Source of the DNA: Candidatus Nealsonbacteria bacterium RIFOXYB1_FULL_40_15
Lineage (GTDB): Bacteria > Patescibacteriota > Minisyncoccia > Minisyncoccales > GWA2-38-27
NCBI GenBank assembly: GCA_001821555.1
Contig: MHMM01000010.1
Span: 19,629-83,628, forward strand
Length of the DNA stretch: 64,000 bases
Direction: 5' to 3'
The notes below the pieces were generated by a model. It had not been told where the DNA came from. It made no database searches and worked only from the letters and a program-made list of their open reading frames with translations. The translations under genes and the position numbers were made by a program. The first letter of the stretch is position 1, and the number at the start of each line of letters is the position of its first letter. This document shows positions 20,011 through 30,462 of the stretch, piece after piece.

Positions 20011-21004
20011 ATGATTCCTGGGGACCGTTAAATATTATTTGACTTCCAGCAGACTCAAAGCGGAACGGAACATGGAGAAATCCCTGAAGTTTATCCTTTA
20101 CCCTGTCTTGGTTTTCGAGCGGGACAAATAAAAGAAGAAATCCTCCCCCTCCGGCTCCGCAAAGCTTCCCTCCTATAGCTCCCGCCCTTAAAGCCGTTTC
20201 GTAAATCTGGTCTATCTGGCTGTTGGAAATTAAGCTGGTAAGCCCTCTTTTCAAAAGCCAGGATTGATGAAGAAGCTTTCCAAATTCAAAAACATTAAAG
20301 TTATCTTTGCAAAGAATGCCTACGGCCTCGTCAACCATTGATTTCATCATAGACAGCTCGGATTTCTTGGACGGAGTCTTTTGTATCTGCTCTTTTGCGA
20401 TATCGGAGGCGCTTCTGGAAAATCCCGTAAAAAAGAGCATCAAATGGTCCTGCAAGATTTGAAGCTTTTCAGAACTTATTATCACGGGCTGAACGCTGAT
20501 CTCTTCTGCTCCTCCGAAATTTATCCTGTTAAACCCCCCGTAAGCTGCAGCGGTTTGATCTTGAGATCCCACATTTTCTTTTATTATATTCTGCTCTACA
20601 TTTATAGCGTCTAGGGCGAGCTGCCTTTTTGCAGCCATCTTTCCTGAAAGTCCGTAAAGAGAATTCAAAAATCCTACGGTAAAAGCAGAGCTTGACCCTA
20701 TTCCCGACATAGCAGGCAAGTCAGAAGTATGAACCATCTCAACCCCCGAGTCTATATTCATAAATCTCAAACATTCTCTTACGGAGGGATGTTTTATTTC
20801 TGATATTTCAGAAACCTCCTCTCTCGTCGCATATCTTATTCTATATTTATAATTAAAGAAGGGCGGCAGATAACGGCTGCTTATATAGCAGTATTTGTTT
20901 ATCGTCGTGCTCAAAACAGATCCTCCATTTTCCTTATACCAAACAGGATAATCCGTGCCTCCTCCGAAAAAAGATATTCTAAATGGTGTTTTACTTATAA
21001 GCAT
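19976..21004 (-). CDS. hddA: D-glycero-D-manno-heptose-7-phosphate kinase (GHMP family)
   Basis: PFRISFFGGGTD, SGIGSSSAF, GKLCGAGGGGF. Confidence 0.88.
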   Translation of the reverse strand: MLISKTPFRISFFGGGTDYPVWYKENGGSVLSTTINKYCYISSRYLPPFFNYKYRIRYATREEVSEISEIKHPSVRECLRFMNIDSGVEMVHTSDLPAMSGIGSSSAFTVGFLNSLYGLSGKMAAKRQLALDAINVEQNIIKENVGSQDQTAAAYGGFNRINFGGAEEISVQPVIISSEKLQILQDHLMLFFTGFSRSASDIAKEQIQKTPSKKSELSMMKSMVDEAVGILCKDNFNVFEFGKLLHQSWLLKRGLTSLISNSQIDQIYETALRAGAIGGKLCGAGGGGFLLLFVPLENQDRVKDKLQGFLHVPFRFESAGSQIIFNGPQESYEKQDIVFNRG

Positions 21005-21963
21005 TACTTTATTGTCTTATTTTTATACCAGTCAACCATTTTTTTTATGCCTTCTTCTATAGAAGTTCTTGCCTCAAAACCCAAAAGATTTTTCGCCTTG
21101 GCAGGATTTATAAGTCTCTTGGGAATCATTGTCGGCTTTGAAGCGTCAAATGCTATTTTTGCGTCTTCGTAATCAGCAGCTTTTAAGATAGCATTCAGTA
21201 TTTCTTTTATGGTACAGGGTTGGCCCGTTGCAAGATTTACCGGTTCAAAGCTTTCTATTTTCTCCATCGCAAGCATCATTCCTTCAACAAGATCTTCAAT
21301 ATAAATAAAATCTTTGATGTCGTTTCCGTCTCCCCATACCTCTATGGGGTCGTGTCTTTCCACCGCTTTTCTTACCAAAGCCGGTATCACGTGCGATCTT
21401 TCCCAATCAAATTCAGCATAGGGGCCGTAGCTATTAGCCGGCCTGACAACTACTGTTTTCATGGGGTTTTTTACCTTTGTGTACATTTCGCAGAGAACCT
21501 CTGAAAACTGCTTCATCCAGGCGACAAAATAATATTTAGGATAAAGATTTCCGTATTCCATATCTTCTTCCTTTACCGGATCTTCCGAATTAGGATATAC
21601 TGTATTACTGCTTATAAACAAGAACTTTTTTACGCCGGCTTCATAACTTGCCTTGAGCATCAAGCTATTCATCATAATATTGGGTGTAACATGGACTAGG
21701 GGGGTCTTTTCCATCACAGCAGCTCCTGAAGTATTTGCGGCAGCCATAAAAACATAATCCATTCCCTCAACCGCCTTATGGCAGTCTTCTTCTTTGGTAA
21801 AATCGCGCTTAACATACTCTGCCTTAGAATTTCTCAACTGCGGTTCCTGTAGATCAGCAGACCTCACTATGGCTTTATCCTCAAGAAGCTTTATTGCCAG
21901 ATTGGTCCCGATAAATCCGGAGCCACCCGCAACCAAAACTTTTTTATTTTCAAAATATCCCAT
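21004..21963 (-). CDS. GDP-sugar epimerase/reductase (GDP-L-fucose synthase-like SDR)
   Basis: GGSGFIG, RPANSYGP, SHVIPALVRK, VWGDG; YxxxK appears altered (YFVAWMK). Confidence 0.8.
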   Translation of the reverse strand: MGYFENKKVLVAGGSGFIGTNLAIKLLEDKAIVRSADLQEPQLRNSKAEYVKRDFTKEEDCHKAVEGMDYVFMAAANTSGAAVMEKTPLVHVTPNIMMNSLMLKASYEAGVKKFLFISSNTVYPNSEDPVKEEDMEYGNLYPKYYFVAWMKQFSEVLCEMYTKVKNPMKTVVVRPANSYGPYAEFDWERSHVIPALVRKAVERHDPIEVWGDGNDIKDFIYIEDLVEGMMLAMEKIESFEPVNLATGQPCTIKEILNAILKAADYEDAKIAFDASKPTMIPKRLINPAKAKNLLGFEARTSIEEGIKKMVDWYKNKTIK

Positions 21964-21969
21964 ATATTT

Positions 21970-22851
21970 TTATCTCCACCTTCCTTTTGGCCCCTGGGTA
22001 ATAGTCAGGAGATGTTTTTCTTCAAAAGGAAAAAATGGCTTTAACCTTTTTTTTGATAATATTCCCATTTCTGGGGCATTATTTAGACAGTGGACTGGAC
22101 CTGAAAATCCAGGATCTTTTGGAACCCAAAAACTGTCCAAAAGCTGCCTGTCCGTAGTAAGCCCGTGCTCCATAAAAAGGCGCGTTTTCTTTTTTCCCTT
22201 TCTAAAAACACTCTGGTAGCACAAAGAAGCTGTCTTATGGATAAATTTATTTTGCATTATTTTGGGCCTTTTTTTAATTATTTTATTCCAAGGATGAAAC
22301 TCTTCAATCCAGGCATCTTTTGAAAGCAAAACTCTTCCTCCTATTTCATACATTCTCATAGCCAAGTCCAAATCCCAAAACATAGACATAAAAGACCTGT
22401 CTATCCCCCCCAGCTCTTTCCACATTTTTTTAGTCATCAGGCCGGCTGCCGGCATAATCGGAGAATTCGGTTCTCTCACCCAATAACGAGCTGATTCTTC
22501 GGCTATGTCTTTTCCAAACAGGACATACCGGCAGGAAAGTATTATTTTTTCATCATTCAGCTCTTTGAAAGCCCGTAAAAGATTGTCCAATGCATGGGGT
22601 GAAAAAACACAGTCGTCCGCAAAAGGCATAATGTACTCTGAAGTCGCGTATCTTGCTGCTATTTCAACGCATTGAACAGGCTTTGTTTCAGAATAGATAA
22701 AATGACAGTTTTCAGGAAGCTTGAATTTGGGAGGGTTGTCTCCGACAAATATTACTTCAAAAGGAACATCATTTTTTTTCAATGACTTGTAGAGTCTCAT
22801 CCAGAGATCAGGCCTCACCGCAGAGCTGAATAGACTTATAACAGGTTTCAT
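21970..22851 (-). CDS. Divergent GT-A (GT2-like) glycosyltransferase, paralog C
   Basis: ISLFSSAVRP, FADDCVFSPHALD, GGID...WDLD; paralogous to 31633..32547 and 36000..36869. Confidence 0.65.
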   Translation of the reverse strand: MKPVISLFSSAVRPDLWMRLYKSLKKNDVPFEVIFVGDNPPKFKLPENCHFIYSETKPVQCVEIAARYATSEYIMPFADDCVFSPHALDNLLRAFKELNDEKIILSCRYVLFGKDIAEESARYWVREPNSPIMPAAGLMTKKMWKELGGIDRSFMSMFWDLDLAMRMYEIGGRVLLSKDAWIEEFHPWNKIIKKRPKIMQNKFIHKTASLCYQSVFRKGKKKTRLFMEHGLTTDRQLLDSFWVPKDPGFSGPVHCLNNAPEMGILSKKRLKPFFPFEEKHLLTITQGPKGRWR

Positions 22852-23381
22852 ACTACTTTTCCTTCTTCGTCTCTCATTGATATAATTGGGTTTTTAATCG
22901 GCCACCAGATTTTAAACCTGGGATCATCAAATTTATAAGTAAATTGCCGGTTCATCCCCTGGTAGTAGCAAGACTGTTTGTAATTGAAGACCGCGTTATC
23001 GGATAAAACCTGGTAAGCATGCCCGTGCTTAGGAGGGATTAAAAGCTGTCTTCCGTTTTCTCTGGTAAGTATAAAGTTCTGCCACTTTCCGAAATTAGGA
23101 GAGCTTTCGTCGCAGTTAACGACGACTATATAGAATTTCCCGAACAGACAGGTGACCAGCTTCCAGGTTCTATCGTCGCCGTGTATTCCTCTCAAAACAT
23201 TCTTTGTTGACCAGGCATAATCATCTTCAAGGAACTGAACATCTTCGCCCAGTTCTTTTTTTATGGCTTCTTCATAATCCTGCTTATGGTAAAGCTGGGT
23301 ATATGTGCCCCTGTGGTCTTCAAAGTGGTTAAGCTGAAACATCAGCACCCTTTCCAGCCCAGTTCTTGACGCTTGGATCAT
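22848..23381 (-). CDS. NDP-4-keto-sugar 3,5-epimerase (RmlC-like cupin)
   Basis: FEDHRG, NVLRGIHGD, GHAY, YKQS, IWWP. Confidence 0.88.
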   Translation of the reverse strand: MIQASRTGLERVLMFQLNHFEDHRGTYTQLYHKQDYEEAIKKELGEDVQFLEDDYAWSTKNVLRGIHGDDRTWKLVTCLFGKFYIVVVNCDESSPNFGKWQNFILTRENGRQLLIPPKHGHAYQVLSDNAVFNYKQSCYYQGMNRQFTYKFDDPRFKIWWPIKNPIISMRDEEGKVV

Positions 23382-24367
23382 ATGTTTTTAAAATAATTCT
23401 TTCTTTTTAAATATTCGTCCTGGTGCTGGACAAACCAGTCCCAGGTTTCCTTAAGCCCCTGGACTAAAGGGGTGGAAGGATCGTATCCGATTGTTTCTCT
23501 AGCTAAAGAAATATCCATTACTCTTCTTGGAAAACCGGAAGGCTTTGTGCTATCAAATACATACTTAAAATCTAAAAAACTATTCAAAGATTCCACCAAT
23601 TCCTTGACTGAATATCCCTTGCCGGATCCTAAATTTACAAATCCTCCCTTGGTTCCGTGGTAGAGAGCCAGTATTATTCCTTCAGCGACATCCCTACTGT
23701 AAGCAAAATCCCTTATGGCTTTGCCGTCCCCCCAGACAACGACCGGATTTTCTTTATGAAGAATCCTGTACATCAAAGAAGGTATTACCATTGCGTTTTC
23801 AGGGTCAAAATTGTCTCCCGGCCCGTAGACATTGCATGGCCTCACAACGGCAAAATTCTCCATTCCATACTGTATCTTATACGAAGCAACCTGAAGTTCA
23901 GCCATTCTTTTCGCCCAGCCGGGAAACATATCCATAGGAGGACCCTCTAAGTTTTCGTCTTCTTTAAAAACTTCCGCAGAGCTGTAAGCTCCTATGGAAC
24001 TTGTGTATACTGCCTTTTCCACATTATTTATCCTGCAGGCCTCAAGCATATTGGTATTCATCATCAGCAAAGGAACGAAAAAGCTTGCCGGCATTTTTTT
24101 GGTAACCTCTATGGATCCTTTTATGCCCGAAATATGGAATACGAAATCCATCCCCTTCGTAGCTTCCTTGCAAAAAGAGAGGTCAGTCAAATCTCCGTAA
24201 ACATGCTCTGCTCTGTCATCTACGTTTATTCTGTCCAAAGAGACGATTTTAACAATTCCTCCCTGTTCCGCCAAAATATCAACCACCTGCCTTCCTATGA
24301 GGCCCGTGCCCCCTGTCACTAGGACTTTCTTTCCTCTAAAACTGTCTAAAATATCTTTTTGTATCAT
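23378..24367 (-). CDS. GDP-sugar epimerase/reductase (fucose synthase-like SDR)
   Basis: TGGTGLIG, RPCNVYGPGDNF, VWGDG...RDF. Confidence 0.82.
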   Translation of the reverse strand: MIQKDILDSFRGKKVLVTGGTGLIGRQVVDILAEQGGIVKIVSLDRINVDDRAEHVYGDLTDLSFCKEATKGMDFVFHISGIKGSIEVTKKMPASFFVPLLMMNTNMLEACRINNVEKAVYTSSIGAYSSAEVFKEDENLEGPPMDMFPGWAKRMAELQVASYKIQYGMENFAVVRPCNVYGPGDNFDPENAMVIPSLMYRILHKENPVVVWGDGKAIRDFAYSRDVAEGIILALYHGTKGGFVNLGSGKGYSVKELVESLNSFLDFKYVFDSTKPSGFPRRVMDISLARETIGYDPSTPLVQGLKETWDWFVQHQDEYLKRKNYFKNI

Positions 24368-26262
24368 ATCTTTTTTAATTGGTTTATTTTAAAATTTGAA
24401 ATAGTAAGCCTCGATTTTACAAAATCCACAGGATTCATTTCTTCTGTTCCTTGAGACTCTGCAAAAGATTCTTTCTTATAAACAACGCCCGAAGAATCAA
24501 AGTATTCAGGAATGCTATATCCAAACCTGATCTTTTCCTTTTCTCTTTTTTCCCAAGAAGGGATGGACGAGCTCTGGTATTTGAACACTTCTTTTAAAAT
24601 GTCTTCCTGAAACCTGATATTTCTCATTTTAAGATATTTCTCTACAAGAACCAACAGTTCTTGGTAAAAAGGATCTTTTTCTTTTATCAATAAAAGCAAC
24701 GCTGCCTCATGTGGCTCAAAAAGCAGGTTTTCTGTGAAATCAAGGGTAATCAGATTCATTCTTCCGTCCAGAACAGCCTGCCTGCTTTCGTTTATCACCC
24801 CTATTGCTTTTTTTACTGCAGGAAAAGAATCTTTTTCTGAAATAATATATTCTATAAGGGCTGTAATGCTTACCGAAAATTCAGATTTCAAGTAGTTGAA
24901 GATAAAAAAGCAAAGCCGGAAATTATACATGGCAAGATAAGCATAAACGAAGGTAAAAGCTCTTTTCCAATCTTCAATGGGCAAGGTTGAATTCGCCACC
25001 ACTATTTCCTCTGTTTCTGATATCCCCGAATTCAAATTCCATCTATGCCTCGGAATCCCTATGGGGCAGGTTTTTGTTTTAATCCCGTATCTTTTTACAT
25101 ATTCGGGCTCCGCCATCTTGGTAGCGTCCAGAAGCCTCAAAAGATAAACTACCAGAAAATGATTCCTGCGCCTGTCTAGGCATTTCTCAAGAGTCGCAAG
25201 AATCGTCTCGTAGCTGTCTTCGGGAAGCCCGAGAATAAGCTCCGTGTAAGTGCTGATTCCCCTTTCAGCAGACTCTTTTTTCAGCTCTTCAAATTCTAAA
25301 AAGTCCATATTGGTTCTTCCTATGGCTTCAAGAGTAGCGGGATTTAAGCTCTGCATGCTCATAGTAAGCTGGGTATGCACGCCTCCTTCTTTCAGCTTTT
25401 CAACTATTTGAAGCATTTTTTTATTTGAATTTTTGAGCCAGTTTATAATAAAATACTTGGGATACCCGGTTTTTCTTCCGGATTCGGCTATCATATCCAC
25501 TATTTCCAAATCCTGGGGAAGAATTCCGAAGTTTGCGTCGGTTCCGAATATATACTCCATTTTGTTTTTAGCCATCCACTCAAGCTCTTTCCCCAGCTTC
25601 TCTTTTTTAAAGGGCATAATTCTAGAAAATTTGGAATTTCCCTGAACGCAGTAGGCGCAAGTGTATGGACATCCCCTATTAGTCTCCCATAAGGCGCCTG
25701 TTATTTTATCTGAATAACAAGCCATGATTTGGTCAAAAGTCCCGTCCAGAAAGGGTGAACCCAGCTCGTCCAAATTTCTTATATATTCCGGCTCTTTGGT
25801 TGAGATTCCTTCCTTGGATCTGAACGAAATTCCAGAAATTGAAGAAATTTCTTTTTTTCCTATCCGGCACAAAAGAATTTCAGAAAAAGGCCATTCTCCC
25901 ATGCCATGGACTGCAATATCTATAAAAGGATAGTCTTCAAAGAAAGATTTTATCAGCTCTTTGTGGTTCGGAATCATCGGGCCTCCGAAAATAACCAGTC
26001 CTTTAGGGTTTGTATTTTTAAAATGCCTGGCTAGCTCCAGACTGTGCCTGAAATTCCAGCTATAGGCAGAAAATGCAGACACATCCGCCTTGGGACAATC
26101 TATATCTTTCCTTAATATTTGGATTTCAAAATCATAAGCATCCGCTATTTCAGGAATTTTCCTGGCATAAGAAACAAGCATCGCAGCCGAAAGCGGAAGG
26201 AAATTCTTCCATGAAGCAGACTGTATCTGATAAACCACGGCTTTTAATTTTTCTTTTTCCAT
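24364..26262 (-). CDS. Cobalamin-binding radical SAM protein
   Basis: N-terminal B12-binding-like region (FSAYSWN, IFGGP, GMGE); ETNRGCPYTCAYC CxxxCxxC; DANFG; ELILGLP. Confidence 0.85.
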   Translation of the reverse strand: MEKEKLKAVVYQIQSASWKNFLPLSAAMLVSYARKIPEIADAYDFEIQILRKDIDCPKADVSAFSAYSWNFRHSLELARHFKNTNPKGLVIFGGPMIPNHKELIKSFFEDYPFIDIAVHGMGEWPFSEILLCRIGKKEISSISGISFRSKEGISTKEPEYIRNLDELGSPFLDGTFDQIMACYSDKITGALWETNRGCPYTCAYCVQGNSKFSRIMPFKKEKLGKELEWMAKNKMEYIFGTDANFGILPQDLEIVDMIAESGRKTGYPKYFIINWLKNSNKKMLQIVEKLKEGGVHTQLTMSMQSLNPATLEAIGRTNMDFLEFEELKKESAERGISTYTELILGLPEDSYETILATLEKCLDRRRNHFLVVYLLRLLDATKMAEPEYVKRYGIKTKTCPIGIPRHRWNLNSGISETEEIVVANSTLPIEDWKRAFTFVYAYLAMYNFRLCFFIFNYLKSEFSVSITALIEYIISEKDSFPAVKKAIGVINESRQAVLDGRMNLITLDFTENLLFEPHEAALLLLIKEKDPFYQELLVLVEKYLKMRNIRFQEDILKEVFKYQSSSIPSWEKREKEKIRFGYSIPEYFDSSGVVYKKESFAESQGTEEMNPVDFVKSRLTISNFKINQLKKI

Positions 26263-28040
26263 ACCATATATGTAAATCCTTCCATAAAAAGACTCCCGAA
26301 AAACAATCTTTTTACTTTCAATATCTCTATTTTCCCCCGGCTTTCAAGCTCTCTTAACCTAGGGAGATATCCTTCTGTATATCCTCTTTTTCTGTGGAAT
26401 TTTACCGCAAGATAGTCAACAAGATTATTCTCGTCATAAACTTCAACGGTCGGCTCTATGTTAATGCACAGATCAAAGGGTTGTTTGAGAAGATATTCCA
26501 AAAAGGGTTCAAAATCGCTTGCAACCTGCTCCAAGGTTCCTGAAGTAAAAACGCAGCTGCCCGGTTTTATTCTCAAACTGTAATCTGGCTTTCTCATATT
26601 AAACAGAATTCCTTCCATTTTCCAGCCATATGCTTTTGCCAGCCTGTTAATCAGCTCTGGAGAAGAGGGCACAAAATCCATTCCGTAAAGATGTTTCTCG
26701 GGAAACATTTTTGCCATTGGAACTATGTTGTATCCTGATCCCGTTCCAAAATCATATATATTGTCGTAATTTTTCAGGTACTTTTCAAAAAGCCAGGCGC
26801 GGAAAACTGAAAAATAGTCGTTTTCAAAATTATGATCTGCAGGCATTATATACTGCTGGTTAAGCCTTATCGCCTGGTTGGGCCTGATGAACTTAGGCGT
26901 TATACTTGACAGGTCCTGGCTGTTTTTAAAGCTTTCCAAATTTTCATTCCAGCCCTTCTCCCACTGGCCTGTTCTTTCCGGAGCCCCTATGATTTGCGTA
27001 TCGTTTTCTATTTTAAATAATATATGTTTTACGAGCTCGTCTTTCTCTTCCCCCTCAATAATCCTGTACCTAAAATCTGTCTCTTCTATGATTTTAACAG
27101 CAGACGGAGAAAGCTCTTCGGCTCCGAACGACTTCTTAAAATCTTCGACAGAAAGTTCCTTGTCAAAGGGCTTTGCGTTTTTGCTTGAAATCTTCAGTTT
27201 TATTCTAAGCCATGCCCTTGTTCCTGTTTCAAAAATCTGCCTGTCCTCTAGGGCAACTTTATTGAAGCTGATATTCCTGCTATTATCCGCCATTATTTCT
27301 GACAAGACAGATCCTATTCCGCCCGTCTTGCAGTTCTCTTCCATAGTTATTATCTGGTCGGAGCTGTCTATAATCTCAAGAATCTTCTTCTCATTCAAAG
27401 GATTAATCCTCAATAAATCAACAACTCCCATCCCTGATGTTTTTAAAGCTTCGTGGGTCATAAAACCCGTGCTTATAATATTAGTTTTCTCTAATTTTCT
27501 AATAATTTTTAACCCCGAGGAAAGATCTTCCCCCTCCTTATATATTTCACCTCCAAATCCTTTGTCCAATCTCACATAAGTGGGACCCTCGGCCATATAC
27601 GAAGCTTGAGCTGAAAATTTAGCCGAGTACGCATCGGATGGATTAAAAATCGCTATTTCAGGAAGAGTTCTCATTACAGCTATGTCAGAAACCGCGTGGT
27701 GGGTCGGACCGTCAAATTCAAAAGACAACCCGGCCCCCGCTCCCACAATAACGACAGGCAGTTTCATGCTGCAAATATTGGATTTTATATTCTCGTAGCA
27801 TCTCATTGCGATAAAGGGTATGAGGCAATAAATGAAAACTTTTTTTCCGGACAAAGCAAGGCCTGTAGCCAGAGAAACCATATTCTGCTCTGCCACTCCC
27901 GCGTTCACAAACCTGGAGGGAAAATCTCTCTTATATTTTTCCAGGCTAAAAGCATCGGCGTCAGCAGTTATAAAAACAACATTCTTGTTATTTTTGGCTA
28001 TTTGATAAACCTCTTCAAAAAAAGCATCTCTTATATCCAT
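26244..28040 (-). CDS. Fusion of a transketolase C-terminal (pyrimidine-binding) subunit and a SAM-fold methyltransferase-like domain
   Basis: MDIRDAF...NAGVAEQN...DGPTHH, then a region closely similar to 33329..34276 (DFGTGSGYN). Confidence 0.8.
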   Translation of the reverse strand: MDIRDAFFEEVYQIAKNNKNVVFITADADAFSLEKYKRDFPSRFVNAGVAEQNMVSLATGLALSGKKVFIYCLIPFIAMRCYENIKSNICSMKLPVVIVGAGAGLSFEFDGPTHHAVSDIAVMRTLPEIAIFNPSDAYSAKFSAQASYMAEGPTYVRLDKGFGGEIYKEGEDLSSGLKIIRKLEKTNIISTGFMTHEALKTSGMGVVDLLRINPLNEKKILEIIDSSDQIITMEENCKTGGIGSVLSEIMADNSRNISFNKVALEDRQIFETGTRAWLRIKLKISSKNAKPFDKELSVEDFKKSFGAEELSPSAVKIIEETDFRYRIIEGEEKDELVKHILFKIENDTQIIGAPERTGQWEKGWNENLESFKNSQDLSSITPKFIRPNQAIRLNQQYIMPADHNFENDYFSVFRAWLFEKYLKNYDNIYDFGTGSGYNIVPMAKMFPEKHLYGMDFVPSSPELINRLAKAYGWKMEGILFNMRKPDYSLRIKPGSCVFTSGTLEQVASDFEPFLEYLLKQPFDLCINIEPTVEVYDENNLVDYLAVKFHRKRGYTEGYLPRLRELESRGKIEILKVKRLFFGSLFMEGFTYMVWKKKN

Positions 28041-28813
28041 AACTCTTTTTTGGCAGATTCCAGATCCTCCCGTTTTAGCGCGGAACTGTGCCATTTTAAA
28101 TTATTTTCCATGAAAGAAACTCCCTTTCCTTTTATAGTATCAGCTATTATCATCAAGGGATGATCTGGCTTTTCAGAAAGAGCTTTTAACAGCTCCTTGA
28201 AAGAATGACCGTCCACTGTCTTGCACTCCCACCCTGAAGCCCTTATTTTTTCTTCAAGCTTATCCTCTATTTTTTCTGTGACCGAAAGTCTGTTCCTGTC
28301 TATTATTCCAACCAAGTTTTTGACCTGCTTTTTCCCTGCGAACATAATTGATTCCCAAATGGATCCTTCTTCGCATTCTCCGTCTCCGACTAAAGCAAAC
28401 GATCTGTAGTTGTTGCCGTCTATTTCCGCAGATAAAGCCATTCCGCAGGCAACCCCTATGGCATGCCCCAAGGATCCTGTATTGTATTCCACTCCCGGAG
28501 TATTTAGATTAAGCTGAACGCCCAAGCTTGATCCATTTTTCCCGTAGCTTTGGATTCTGGAAGGTTCAAAAAATCCAATGTCAGCAAGAATATGATATAA
28601 GGCCAAAGAAGCATGGCCTTTTCCCAAAACAAACCTGTCCCTGCCGTCCCATTTTGGATTTTTAGGATCTACTTTCAAAATATTCCCGTAGTAAAGAGCA
28701 ACTAAAATATCCGTGCAGGAGAATATCCCGCCTATATGCTCCCCCTTTTTTGTCCGGGCAGCAGTTTCTAAAACTTGACTTCTGACCCATCGGGCTTTTT
28801 CTTCCAATGTCAT
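28031..28813 (-). CDS. Transketolase N-terminal (ThDP-binding) subunit
   Basis: DRFVLGKGH, TGSLGH, GDGECEEGSIWE...DRN, TIKGKG. Confidence 0.9.
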   Translation of the reverse strand: MTLEEKARWVRSQVLETAARTKKGEHIGGIFSCTDILVALYYGNILKVDPKNPKWDGRDRFVLGKGHASLALYHILADIGFFEPSRIQSYGKNGSSLGVQLNLNTPGVEYNTGSLGHAIGVACGMALSAEIDGNNYRSFALVGDGECEEGSIWESIMFAGKKQVKNLVGIIDRNRLSVTEKIEDKLEEKIRASGWECKTVDGHSFKELLKALSEKPDHPLMIIADTIKGKGVSFMENNLKWHSSALKREDLESAKKELWI

Positions 28814-30462
28814 ATTTGCTTTATAGGTTCTATTATCTTCTGGCAGTTGTCCGAAACAACCTCTATAAATACAGGACCTTTTTTATTTAATATTTCTGTT
28901 ATTTTGCCGTCAACCTCTTCATAATTTTGGATGGACTCGTAAGGAAGTTCAAAAGCATCTGCTATTTTTTTAAAATTAAGGCCTTCGGCCTGGCCGGACC
29001 CCACGTGCCTTCCTCCGCAAAGGGCATCCTGGGTGTTTCTTATAGAAACATACCCTCCGTTGTTTATGACAAACAACTTTATATCCAGCCCGCAGGAAGA
29101 CATTGTTTTGAGCTCTTGTATATTCAGTTCAAGAGAACCGTCTCCTGTAATCGCAAGTATTTGTCTAGAAGGATCGGCACTTGCCGATCCTATGGCTAAG
29201 GGAATGGCAAGCCCCATAGAAGCAAAAGCTCCCGATGTTATTTCCCTCTGCCCTTTTTCAAATCTCAAAGCCTGGCCTGTTACATAATAGGAAGAGCCAG
29301 CATCCGAAACAAAAACACTATTTTCTTTTGACAAGGCATCCAACCGGCTTACAAAATAGTAAAGATCTATCGGGTTTCTGGCAGGGCCAGCCAGAGGATA
29401 GCTTTCTTTATAACCTTGGCAATCCTTTAGCCAGTCCGAAGCATCAACTTTTACATCTTCTTTCAAAAGGCCTTCAATAAATTCCTTTACATCCGAATTT
29501 ATTTGGAGGTCAACTCTAATGCTGGGCTTTTTTAGTTCTGCTTCATCTATATCCACCATTATAATCTTGGCGGATTCAGAAAGAGCGTCGCTCACGAAAG
29601 GAACAGCCAGTCTGCTCCCCAGGCTCAAAATCAAATCGCTCTTGCTCATTATAAGTTTTGTATATCTTAATCCTTTCATCCCTCCATGCCCCAAATTATA
29701 CCTGTAAGAAAAAGGAAGCATATCCTGGCCAAGCCTTGATAGAATAACTGGGATTTTAAGCTTCTCTATCAAATTTTTGAATTCATCCAAGGATTTTGCA
29801 ATCCTTATCCCCTGGCCGGCTATTATCAAGGGCCTTTTTGATTCAGCCAAAAGCATTACTGCTTCTTTCAACTTATTTTTATCCAAATCTTTTTCGGAAG
29901 CTTCAGGATTCCAACCCTCAAGCATTTTTTCGTCTATAATGCTGGACTGCACATCCAAAGGAATATCCAGCCACACAGGCCCAGGCCTTCCGGATTTTGC
30001 AAGATAAACTGCTTTTTCTAAATGATATCGTATGCTATCAGGGTCCTCCACCATTTGAGCATATTTCGTCAAAGAATTAACGATCGGAATTATATCAATT
30101 TCCTGGATTCCTAAGCTTCTCAAGTTTTTGATATTAGCTTTGTGGCAGGTATGCTTCTTATCTACTTGGCCTGAAATAACAAGAACAGGAGCAGAATCCA
30201 CCCATGCTTCGCTTAACCCAGAAACAGCATTTGTCCCGCCTGGACCTGAAGTAATGCAAGCAACTCCTAATTTTCCTGTCAATCTGGCATAGGATTCGGC
30301 CATCATAGGAGCTGTAGCTTCGTTTCTTACGCAGATAAAATCCAAATTCTTTCCGGCTATGCTGTCGTCAAGATAAACAGACCCGCTTCCCGAAAGCATA
30401 AAAATCTTTTTGACTCCCTGCCTGGCTATAAAATCAGCTATATAATCTGAAACTTTCATCAT
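28810..30462 (-). CDS. ThDP-dependent acetolactate-synthase-like enzyme (YerE-like)
   Basis: TSGPGGTN, SGRPGPVWLDIP, TGDGSLELNIQE...NNGGY; embedded in the sugar operon. Confidence 0.85.
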   Translation of the reverse strand: MMKVSDYIADFIARQGVKKIFMLSGSGSVYLDDSIAGKNLDFICVRNEATAPMMAESYARLTGKLGVACITSGPGGTNAVSGLSEAWVDSAPVLVISGQVDKKHTCHKANIKNLRSLGIQEIDIIPIVNSLTKYAQMVEDPDSIRYHLEKAVYLAKSGRPGPVWLDIPLDVQSSIIDEKMLEGWNPEASEKDLDKNKLKEAVMLLAESKRPLIIAGQGIRIAKSLDEFKNLIEKLKIPVILSRLGQDMLPFSYRYNLGHGGMKGLRYTKLIMSKSDLILSLGSRLAVPFVSDALSESAKIIMVDIDEAELKKPSIRVDLQINSDVKEFIEGLLKEDVKVDASDWLKDCQGYKESYPLAGPARNPIDLYYFVSRLDALSKENSVFVSDAGSSYYVTGQALRFEKGQREITSGAFASMGLAIPLAIGSASADPSRQILAITGDGSLELNIQELKTMSSCGLDIKLFVINNGGYVSIRNTQDALCGGRHVGSGQAEGLNFKKIADAFELPYESIQNYEEVDGKITEILNKKGPVFIEVVSDNCQKIIEPIKQI

